A program made the translations under genes and the position numbers. From the NCBI GenBank assembly GCA_000934665.2, contig KZ538076.1, positions 111,968-131,967 on the forward strand: a stretch of DNA of 20,000 nt, read 5' to 3'. A model generated the notes under the pieces. The model made no database searches. It saw only the letters and a program-made list of their open reading frames with translations, and was not told the DNA's origin. The stretch comes from Catajapyx aquilonaris (taxonomy: Eukaryota). Shown here in pieces: positions 11,303-20,000 of the stretch; the first letter of the stretch is position 1, and every line of letters begins with the position of its first letter.

Positions 11303-11350
11303 GTACAGTACGGTGGTACGGTACAGCAGCGGTATACAGTACGGTACAGT
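11303..11350. repeat. Degenerate GTAC(A/G) pentamer tandem repeat
   Basis: gtaca gtacg gtg gtacg gtaca gcagcg gtataca gtacg gtaca gt. Confidence 0.6.
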
Positions 11351-12467
11351 GTTACTCGGCGCGGCGACGCTATCAAGGCCCTGCAGCCCATTAACTCCGA
11401 ATTTATTCCATATTTGATAACTACAACAATATTCTAACAAAATCAAAACAATTCAATAAAAACAATTCTTCCACTACCCTCCTGACTCGGCGCCGCTGTG
11501 GCGCTAGTACCCACCGGTACCCACTAATAGAGGCATGTAGACGTCGGCGAGTCCTCACCTCTTTGAGAATGTGTCTGTTAGCTGATAATTTATATGGACC
11601 CATAAATGTGGCTATGAATTAGTTAATATTTACATGCCCTGCTAAGCCACACCCCCTTTTCATATAAATACGGATTCCACTGCTGTAAATATCACCGATG
11701 GTAGCTAAAAACAACTTTACAGGTGGCCAGGTAATGTATTCCATTTTTGGAAATTTCATTTGTCCAAGAAATCACACGAACACGTAAAAGGTGTACACGA
11801 TGTAATTAGATCATTATTATTTAAATTAAATGAAGCACGCCAGAGCACAGAAGGGATCGAGCCGGGCATCTGGCAACCTTGAGAAAGTATCAACATAGGG
11901 AGGTTTCAAGGTTTTGGAAAAACGAGGATTCCAAGGGAAAAGGAAAGCTACCACAGTCGATTACCACTTGTATGATTTGGAGGGAGTTAATAGTTGGAAG
12001 GGATACCGGTGAGTGAGTATGCACAACAACGACTGAGAACTTTATGCCGCATGACTACGGCATTTGAGACAAACACATGGGCACCTAGTTCCAGAGATCC
12101 ATTGTGACAACTATAGGCATAGGATTTTATAAGCAAAAATGGCTGCACCTTGAACAGTGTAGTGTGCTGATAAGAGAAAGAAATGGGCACAGGATGGTAG
12201 TAGGCAACCAGGTTAGAGTAGTAGCTTAAGACAAAGTGCACATCGTATGTCAAAGCAGGTCTGTGCAAAGAGCCATTCCACACGATGGGTGAGAATAAAA
12301 TTGGAACACTGGGTATGGAATAGGTTAGTGTAGAAGGAGTTGGAGCGTTCTTGGTTAGATTTATGACTCTGAATATAACTCAATTGCATATCAATTTTCT
12401 GCCATTTCTACTTTTATGTGCCTCCTGCCAAAAAACCTCATAGTGTAGACAAAAGTTGCATTCGTGA

Positions 12468-12697
12468 GGTGGATTCACGAGCTTGTAGTTAACTGGTGTT
12501 TGCGAATGAAATCTGGTGACAATAAAATGAATTCCCAAACCCCTTATCTCTTGCTTTGTGTTCTTACCATGCTAAAAATGCTTAAAAAGCTAAAAACACT
12601 AAAATGGGCTTGAACTAAAAAAGATGGACACAAGAATTCATGTCTTTTCAGCGTTGCTCAAACGCCAGTTAAATTCTTTTCAGCTTGTGAATCCACC
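12468..12697. mobile_element. Harbinger/PIF-like MITE, 230 bp
   Basis: TIR ggtggattcacgagct vs agcttgtgaatccacc, extending to ttaactggtgtttg / caaacgccagttaa. Flanks tga / tta form a 3-bp TWA-type TSD with one mismatch. Confidence 0.7.
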
Positions 12698-13427
12698 TTA
12701 TGGCTGCTAACTGATATTTGATAAGTTGGCCCACTTCAGTTGTTCTGCTGTTTGTGTCAGTGTTGGCCAAAAGTAAGAGTGAAACTGTTGATTACCTGAA
12801 AACAAAGGAAACCAGATTCATATTAATGATAACAGTGCAAAATATAATATGGTGACATGCTGACACCTTTGTCAAGGAAGGCCCATGTTTGTTAAAGTCA
12901 TAATAAGTGCTAGGCTATCATCTAATATTCTAATATATGATCCTTAACCTGCAATTGAGTACCGGTATATGGATGCAAAAACTGATTGAGTGAATTTACC
13001 TGGAATTTAGTGCTGCGGTGGTGAAAGGAAGCTTTCTTTTGTCTGGATAGGCCACGTAGAAATTTTTTCATCCATCCCGTAGTATTAGACCCTCTCAAAG
13101 AGAGAGAGATATGCTGAGGATCATCTGGGAGAAAGGTATAGGTTTACAGCTCCACTGACCATATGGTTGGAAAAGATCCAGAATTTAATCACTTAATGGC
13201 ACATTTTGTTATTACAGAAGTTTATTTTTCCCTGACTACATCATGTACAGCTTAAATTTGGCAGAAATTTTATTAAAAATCAGACTGGGAATAATATGAA
13301 AATCAGAAAACCTGAATATTGCAGGTCATCTTGCAATTAGGATCTAACCTTGATCTGGAGCAAAAACAATGTAATTACAATGTCGTTAATTTCTTTCAGC
13401 CTGCTGTGTTTGTGATTGTCAGCCTTA

Positions 13428-13547
13428 ATGGCAGGGATGCCTTTTGGAGGGTATTCCACAAACCGATCAAGATGTAGCATCCCATCTGCAAGCAGTACCA
13501 CTGAAGAGAAGGATGGGGAGTCCAGTTTAATTGTAACAGGTTCTCAG
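13428..13547 (+). CDS. CEP131: Coding exon 1 of probable CEP131/AZI1/dilatory homologue (MAGMPFGG...SSLIVTGSQ)
   Basis: Acceptor ttctttcag|13400. An in-frame TGA at 13413-13415 precedes the ATG at 13428. 40 codons, donor CAG|GTGTGA, phase 0. The spliced LIVTGSQIFLSSR resembles the recalled Drosophila Dilatory start (DLCLKGSQINLATR). Confidence 0.65.
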
Positions 13548-14067
13548 GTGTGAAAGATATAATATATAATATAATAAGTGCTCATGGGCAAAACCCCAAT
13601 TGCAGATCCCCATTTTTGCACTTTTTGTTTTGTCTACTGGTGAGCTTTAAAAATGACAGAATCAGGGGTCAGGCTGAAGGTCAATCATGAAGGTCATGAA
13701 ACTTCTATTGCAATCGTGCTATATTTTTGGGCTAAAAAAAAACCAATGCCTCAGTTATTAAGGTTAGCCCTGTTTTCAGAAAATAATAGTTTCAGTGTTT
13801 GTGCATTTCCCTGTGGTAGGAGGAAAGGGTTAAAGCGAGTATTTAAGGAACTTAATGGTTATTTTCTACTTGTTTGTGCAATCAGTAGCACACAAATATA
13901 GGCTTTGTTTAGATTTACAAAGGACACTACCATTATTTATAACAAATGTAGTGGATTACATGCTAGTTAAAAAAGCTGAGTGTAATGGGGTGGTTATTAT
14001 GGCATTCAGGAAGATAAAATTAGCATTGCAGATTTAATTGTTGAAAACATTTTTCTTTTTGTTACAG

Positions 14068-14178
14068 ATATTTTTATCATCAAGGCCTCGATCTCGAGCT
14101 GGAAGTGCCAGAAGTACTTACTCAACCACCCTCTGTGCCCCAAACGTACAAAGGCCTAAATCTGCTGGTCCATTACAG
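14068..14178 (+). CDS. CEP131: Coding exon 2 of probable CEP131 homologue (IFLSSRPRSR...RPKSAGPLQ)
   Basis: Long pyrimidine tract with ttacag| acceptor, 111 nt open, donor CAG|GTATGT, phase 0-0. RPxS(A) motifs as in the CEP131/Dila N-terminus. Confidence 0.72.
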
Positions 14179-14200
14179 GTATGTGAATCTAACAAATGTA

Positions 14201-14540
14201 CAGGAAGTCCCCGGTCTACGAACAGGGTTGCGTTCCTGAAAATGTCCATAAGTAGGATTTATACATAACTCGAATCCCTCAGGAACAGTGAATATGGGTA
14301 GCATAAACAACGAACCACTTACGTCACGTGTGTTTGTTTACAGGCGTGGAGGACGTAGTTTCCCAATTATTTCTTAATAATTATACAGTATTATTTATAA
14401 TGAACTTGGTGTCGGTCAACCTGTGCAGAAGGGATAAAGTGGAGGAATTATTATAAATCATCCTTATGGAGAGCTTTGGGAGCCCTTTCGTAAGTACGGA
14501 TCGCTGTAAGTCGGGTCATTCGTAAACCGGGGACTTCCTG
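14201..14540 (+). mobile_element. Tigger/pogo-like MITE, 340 bp
   Basis: TIR caggaagtccccggtctacgaa / ttcgtaaaccggggacttcctg with 1 mismatch. TA TSD at 14199-14200 and 14541-14542. Subterminal cgtaagt repeats typical of Tigger-derived MITEs. Confidence 0.88.
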
Positions 14541-14625
14541 TATGTGTATTAACACATTGGGTAATTGTGGGATCTTTGTGCAAGGATTTCAGGCTGCATT
14601 TGAAACATTTAATTCACATGTTTAA

Positions 14626-15424
14626 CCCCTTCGGCCCCAGATCGGCCCGAACCACACAGTTTTTGGCTTACGCGTACTCCGAAGATACGGACAAGATATT
14701 TTGCAAATAATAACAGCTATACTTACGAGATCTGGGAAAACCCTATGAATGTGTCTGGAACCATTTTACTCGTCTAGAAGTCCCTAAATTAATTTCCAAA
14801 AAGGGGCTATAATAACTCGAAATTGGACTACTCCCGCCCAACTTTTAGGCTGATTTGATTATGAAATGCGTGAAGATATGCGGAATAACAACCATGAGAA
14901 CCATGCCAGACGAATTTGCTGAAATCGTCGTACTTTGCGAGAAATAAATTAATACTTATTTGCGGCTTTCTGGCACTTCGGAAAACTTCGGATAACTCCC
15001 AAATTTATTTGTTTCTCATGAAGTACGACGATTTCAGAAAATTCATCTCATACTCATTTAGGAGTTTTCCTGACTGCTAGAAAGCCGCAAATACGTATTA
15101 ATTTATTTCTCGCAAAGTACGACGATTTCAGCAAATTCGTCTGGCATGGTTCTCATGGTTGTTATTCCGCATATTTTCACGCATTTCATAATCAAATCAG
15201 CCTAAAAGTTGGGCGGCAGTAGTCCAATTTCGAGTTATTATAGCCCTTTTTTGGAAATTAATTTAGGGACTTATGGACGAGTAAAATGGTTCCAGACACA
15301 TTCATAGGGTTTTCCCAGATCTCGTAAGTATAGCTGTTATTATTTGCAAAATATCTTGTCCGTATCTTCGGAGTACGCGTAAGCCAAAAACTGTGTGGTT
15401 CGGGCCGATCTGGGGCCGAAGGGG
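14626..15424. mobile_element. piggyBac-like fold-back MITE with 346-bp arms, TTAA TSD
   Basis: TTAA|CCCCTTCGG...CCGAAGGGG|TTAA (TSD 14622-14625, 15425-15428). Arm 14626-14971 equals rc of 15079-15424 with about 6 mismatches by eye; 107-bp spacer. Confidence 0.92.
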
Positions 15425-16379
15425 TTAATGGGCGGTTCCAGGTTGAGGGTCATCAGGTTCTGAGGATCCCTTTCCATTCTTAGGCAACAACTGCAGTACA
15501 TGTAGTGCATTGTAACAGCTGGTGCATCACTTTGGGGAGTGCAGAAACCAATAATACAATGTACTGTACGTAGCTGTAGACCCTGCCACAATTCACAGCG
15601 AAAAATAAAAGAAGTGCCTACACTGTAGTGTGTTTGGACTCACACTCAGAAGGGCAGCAGTTTATGTGTAGACTGCTCTGTCATTTTCAAATTTAAAAAA
15701 AATTTATGAGTAAAAAATTTGTCAAATACTGTATAATTTTGAAACCGAAGAGGTGTAAAATGAGGTAAAATGGTGTAAATGCGTTTAAAACGTAGGATTT
15801 CATAACATTGACATTTATGCCACTTTTGATTCCCACTCTCGTACAGCTTCACAGTATACAATAGAGAATTAATCCTTAAGACTCATTCACATGGGCAGCC
15901 TGTGACCAGGAAGTATCCTACCCCAGTGTTGCAGGGCCCATTCATTCAGCTATTCAGCATGAGTGACTACAAACATAAGCTGGCTCATTGGCCAGCCACA
16001 TAAGGTGTCAGAGCCCAACTAATGCATGCACAGTGGGAGCTCCCCACTGCCCAGTGTCCAGTTTCCTCCCCTAAAGTACTTCATGGTGGGGGGGTGGATG
16101 CTGTGAAGCAAAGAAAGTACCGTACATAAGGCTGCACCTAAGGCCTGACTGCAGGATGGGAGGGAGATTTTGTCTTTGCTACACATCTGGGGGCACTATG
16201 GCTCCTGTGAAAGAAAAATGCAGCTTGACAGGCAGGTTGAGTGCAGTCTGGAGGCTGGAGCCCAATAATAATTGTGTCTACAGTGACCCTCTGGAAGTTT
16301 AGCCAGAAATGGCCAGCAATGGCCGAATACCTTTCTGGCTTAGGTGACCTTGGCAACAGAAAAAGCTACTGCCAATATA

Positions 16380-16945
16380 CAGGGTGGACCAACTTCAAGT
16401 GTCGTTTTATAACGGCGATTAATAGCAGTGATTTTGCGATGACGTAGCAGCGACGTGTAAAATGTCCCACTTCGGCGCCATCGAAAATATTAGCTGCCAA
16501 TAGCAGCACACATGTAATCAACCCTGCTGCTGGGTTGACCTGGAAAAAAGGAGGTGCACACATGACCTGCGATGCGCCTGGGTGAAATGGGTGACGCCCA
16601 AGGCCGTGGTTTCTCTGTGACCCTGAGGAGTACCGGTTTAAATGCTCTGCAGTCTTGCTGATCAAATGCTGGTTTGGGCATTGCTTGGTTGGTGGTTAGG
16701 GGGCACCGCACATACCCTGTTTTACACCGCGTGTTGCGCGGGCGAGGCAGCCTTCTTTAAGGACTGCCGGATTGGCATTGGGGCCGCATGTGGTTGCAAA
16801 GGGTTCATTACATGTGTGCTGCTATTGGAAGCTAATATTTTCAATGGCGCCGAAGTGGGCCATTTTACACGTCGCTGCTACGTCAATCGTAAAGCGCTTC
16901 TACTAATATCCGTTATAAAACGACACTTGAAGTTGGTCCACCCTG
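16380..16945. mobile_element. Tc1/mariner-like MITE with 146-bp TIRs, 566 bp
   Basis: TA|CAGGGTGGACCAACTTCAAGTGTCG...CGACACTTGAAGTTGGTCCACCCTG|TA. Arms 16380-16525 and 16800-16945, with a GC-rich core. Confidence 0.9.
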
Positions 16946-17075
16946 TACTTCTAAGTAGGTCATTGCCCCCCCCCCCCACCCACACACCACCATNCCACAC
17001 ACCACCATATCAACAGGGTGAAGATACCATTGGAGAGGTCAAAAGCCATTTCATAGCTGTTCTTTCTAGCTGTTA

Positions 17076-17677
17076 CAGGTAAAATCTCGTTTTAACTAAT
17101 ACCAATACAATGAAATTTCAATAGAACGCAATAAAAATAAAATTTGGGTTGGCCAGCCGTAAGAGCAATGTATTTGTAATCCCATTATTACGAATTGCGT
17201 TACTACGAAATTTTCAGTACAACTATTACAAAAGGTGGTTCCCTGGCTAGTATTGAACCCGATATAACGAAATATGCACTAGTGCAATGCTCCGCCACAC
17301 GTGCTCCAGCACTGTCTAGCGATAAGCAAGTGTGTGGTCGTGCGTAACACCATCAACAATCGTGAAATGTTGGGGTAAAAGTTGCATCAAGGTGTCGGCA
17401 GTGTCTGTTTTTGGGAGTGACCAAGACGCCGAAGACTCAGATGACCCTGACGACCTGTCTCTGTGGAGGTCCGTTGCTGAAAGCACCGGAGTGCCGGATG
17501 AAGTTACCTTCCACGATTTTGTAGCGGCAGATGACGACGTACATGTGTGCCAGGAGTTGACAGATTCGGACATACTTGCGGGGGAAATAAAAATAACCAG
17601 TCTCGATTTAACGAAATTTCGTTATTACGAAAAGATTTGCCGGTCCCGCGGGCTTCGTTGTGACGAGATTTTACCTG
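17076..17677 (+). mobile_element. Internally deleted Tigger/pogo transposon, 602 bp
   Basis: TIR caggtaaaatctcgt / acgagattttacctg. TA TSD at 17074-17075 and 17678-17679. Subterminal acgaaattt repeats; carries a transposase C-terminal remnant. Confidence 0.88.
17332..17585 (+). pseudogene. C-terminal fragment of a Tigger/TIGD-type transposase
   Basis: WSCVTPSTIVKCWGKS...EVTFHDFVAADDDVHVCQELTDSDIL resembles the TIGD/Tigger tail (AWxxVxxxTIxNCFxKAG...FEDFVxxDxDLxxxxxLTDEDI). No ATG start and no DDE core. Confidence 0.8.
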
Positions 17678-17721
17678 TAGTGCCATTTTACCATAATTTG
17701 GGCTGGAGAAAAATGAGTTAA

Positions 17722-17868
17722 ACGGCGTTTACCTGTAAGCGATTTGATCGCCGAGCGATAACAACGCTGAGTAACCAGTATTGTTGGAGCCAAAATCGAT
17801 TGTTATTACTTTCACCTCAAACAATATTGGTTACTTCGCTTGTCAAATCGCTCACATGTAAACGCACC
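17722..17868. mobile_element. Small Harbinger-like hairpin MITE
   Basis: gcgtttacctgtaagcgatttga vs tcaaatcgctcacatgtaaacgc, with an inner stem agtaaccagtattgtt / aacaatattggttact. The TSD is degraded. Confidence 0.65.
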
Positions 17869-18014
17869 TTTCAGCATTATGTTTTAAAAAACTCTTTCTA
17901 TTGCATTTGTCTTGGGTTAAGTAATGCACGATTATAATTGCTGTGTAAGGGTTGTTTGCAACAGTGTGGCTAGATTTCAAGGTGTTGCCCAACCTCCAAT
18001 ATCCAAACATATTT

Positions 18015-18356
18015 GGGGAGGCGGAGTGGTGCTGCGGTAACGTATGCGCTCATGGATGTTAAGGTCCCGGGTTCGATCCCAGCCCGGGGACACCCCCTTC
18101 ATCTCATGCAGAGTTTAGGTCGTCTCTGGCTTCGTCTCGGGTGGAATCTCCAATAGACATGTATCCACCCGGGGGAGTTCACAAAATGTACCCATATCAG
18201 TCCGCGCACTGCACTTTGCACATCCCCTCCTGTCACCCTGCCCGTGGGCCCGGGCGTTTCAATTAGTAGGTTCCAATGTATAACAATACAATAAAGGTTC
18301 CGTGTGATATACCCCCACCGGGGGTGAAAGCACTTACCCAGGATTATTATTATTAT
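18015..18356 (+). mobile_element. Full-length tRNA-derived SINE with (ATT)n tail
   Basis: A-box-like TGGTGCTGCGG (18027-18037), B box GGTTCGATCCC (18070-18080), 3' hairpin acccccaccgggggt and an (ATT)n tail. Perfect 15-bp TSD tatccaaacatattt at 18000-18014 and 18357-18371. Confidence 0.92.
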
Positions 18357-18534
18357 TATCCAAACATATTTTGATATTCTCTTGGCAGTTGGTAAAATCC
18401 CGATTTTCAGAATTGGTTATGGTTAACAACCAGTCCCAGTCGTAAGGTGACCAGTTGACATTAGACAGAACTTGCATGATAACAATTCACTGTATTTTTA
18501 GATCCTACTTAACTTTTATTTCAATTATTTGCAG

Positions 18535-19545
18535 AGAAACCTCAGCAACATCAACAGCAAGAGGGATGTTGGAAATTGTCAGCAGGAGCCATTACATTTA
18601 AGTGACTGCATTAGTGACATTAGCACATGCACCAGTTTTCCCTCTGAAGGATGGCAGGATAGAATGAGAAATTGTCAGGAATCTCTTGATGTGTCATGTG
18701 AACTGGAAAACACAACACAAGAAGCACTTGAGTTTCTCAGTGTCAGTGGTAATTCGCAAAGCTGCCCTTCTGGTGCAGAGGGTTCCAAGACCCCCAAGAG
18801 AATTTCACACAGATGTGATGTTACATTCCAAGAGAGACAATCTGCATGTCAGAAAAAGTGGACAAAACCAGAAATGAGTGACACTGACCTAATGAGTGAA
18901 AAGAAATCCAGAGATTCCCTGTTGAAGGAAAGTTCATTAGATGATTCTAAATCATCAAGTTGCTTATCAGATCATACAGTCTCTGCTATTAGCTTAGGTG
19001 AACAGATTAAGGCAATTGCAAAATCTGGACCGCAATTAGGATTACTTCCTTCATGTGTGTCTAGTGCAAATGAGACCGTGGTTGATGGTACATACCATTC
19101 TGGGGAACGCAGGAGTAACTTGGGTAGAATCCATGAATGGATCTCGCAAGTTCTTCAAGGAAGTCATGATTCAGAGGCCTTCGGTGTGTCACAGAATCTG
19201 CAGACTGTGGAGGAAGAAAGGATGCCATTCAGTACTTCTGGTAGTGTTGTGAAGGATGGAGAGAAGTGTGTTGAAAACTTGCCTTTGAAAACTTTTGCAG
19301 AGCAAGGGAATAGCAATCATCAAGTAACTTCAGTAGAGAGCAATAAATTTGAACCTTTGTTTTCCTATGCAAATAATTTCTCACAACATTCTGAGGCTCA
19401 CTGTCAAGAAAATGATATGAGAATTGAAGAGGTGCAGGATGAGGCTTGTGGGAGTTTGAAGGAGAAAAGGAGTGACAGTGTGAAGTGGAAAAGAAAAACT
19501 GCTGTGCCCCAAAGACGCAGTCCCCGTCCTTATTTTTACAATCAG
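18535..19545 (+). CDS. CEP131: Coding exon 3 (1011 nt, Ser/Glu-rich, likely disordered) of probable CEP131 homologue
   Basis: Acceptor ttatttgcag|, 337 open codons in the frame set by exon 2, donor CAG|GTTTGA, phase 0-0. Exon status is strong; identity is inferred from the flanking exons. Confidence 0.8.
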
Positions 19546-19609
19546 GTTTGATCAGTTTCACATGTGTAATTGTGACTTTTCATATTTAATTGGTGAATAT
19601 TTATTTTAG

Positions 19610-19763
19610 GATATCCCTGAGAAAGATCTGTCACATTTATCAACTGGGCCAGTGCCACAGAATTTGAGTGCCACACAATCAAATTCAACTGTTCTAGTTA
19701 GCAAAACTTATATGGAGCTGATGAATGCAATTCAACTGATAGAAGAGGAGGAAAAGACATCAG
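19610..19763 (+). CDS. CEP131: Coding exon 4 of probable CEP131 homologue (DIPEKDLS...KTYMELMNAIQLIEEEEKTS); gene continues past the window
   Basis: Follows a 64-nt intron (19546-19609, ttattttag|), open in frame, donor CAG|GTATTA, phase 1. TYMELMNAIQLIEEE resembles the recalled CEP131 motif TLDELLDTLKLLEEE. Confidence 0.72.
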
Positions 19764-19896
19764 GTATTATCTTCTTTATGTGTGTGAGGAAGTAGATACA
19801 GTAAAGGCCAAAACACAAAAAGATTTTGCGGCAGCGTCAAGCGGAAAACGCCAGCCCCGCCAATTATTATTCATTGTTGGCAATAATAAATATAAA

Positions 19897-20000
19897 TCTA
19901 TAAATCTATATCTATAAATAAGGAAGTTTGTCAGATGTTTGTCCCTTATAGAAATCCTGGGGAAGGCCCCTACACCGCCTTAAATTAGCATATCGGGGGT
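19897..20000 (+). mobile_element. Probable 5' end of a non-autonomous Helitron (truncated by window edge)
   Basis: A|TCTATAAATCTATATCTATAAATAAGGAAGTTTGTCAGATGTTTGTCC resembles the TC-start, TCTATA-repeat and GTTTGT-rich 5' ends of insect Helitrons. The 3' hairpin/CTAG end is not in the window. Confidence 0.5.

Larger units (their letters stand above)
10850..11730. promoter_or_regulatory. GC/CpG-rich shared (bidirectional) promoter and 5' region
   Basis: CpG-rich island between the divergent genes. Perfect CRE TGACGTCA at 11284-11291; YY1-like CAAGATGGCG at 10911-10920; plus-strand donor CAG|GTAATG at 11730/11731 suggests a first UTR exon of the plus-strand gene. Confidence 0.6.

Noticed and set aside
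16366..17082. ORFs of 99 and 146 aa sharing ITCVLL...RHLKLVHPV
   Set aside because: The shared peptide simply reflects the two TIRs of the MITE read on opposite strands.
18015..18090. tRNA gene
   Set aside because: No convincing cloverleaf or poly-T terminator; it is the head of a TSD-flanked SINE.
17978..18465. Older hAT-like element hosting the SINE
   Set aside because: Only a weak left end (ggtgttgcccaacc) and no convincing right TIR or TSD.
1..20000. CRISPR array, operon or other prokaryotic system
   Set aside because: No regularly spaced repeats or dense ORFs. Spliceosomal introns, a SINE and MITEs show this is eukaryotic nuclear DNA.

Overview
Eukaryotic animal DNA, probably from an arthropod or insect. 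The window holds two head-to-head genes that share a GC/CpG-rich promoter zone at about 10.85-11.75 kb. The minus strand carries the first coding micro-exon of CNOT3/Not3 (MAATRKLQ-G, 10780-10804), followed by an intron of more than 10.7 kb that runs off the left edge. The plus strand carries four phase-compatible coding exons (13428-13547, 14068-14178, 18535-19545, 19610-19763) of a probable CEP131/AZI1/dilatory homologue that continues off the right edge. Roughly a third of the window is small non-autonomous transposons lying in the introns: pogo/Tigger-, Tc1/mariner-, hAT-, piggyBac- and Harbinger-like MITEs, a tRNA-derived SINE with a 15-bp TSD, and a probable Helitron 5' end. Two of the MITEs are near-perfect fold-backs with arms of about 300-350 bp. 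Most ORF-track entries are spurious. I found no clearly new biological system. The best leads are a short uORF whose stop overlaps the CNOT3 start (TAATG), the shared promoter, and the long intronic hairpins. Gene and family identities come from recalled motifs, not database searches.
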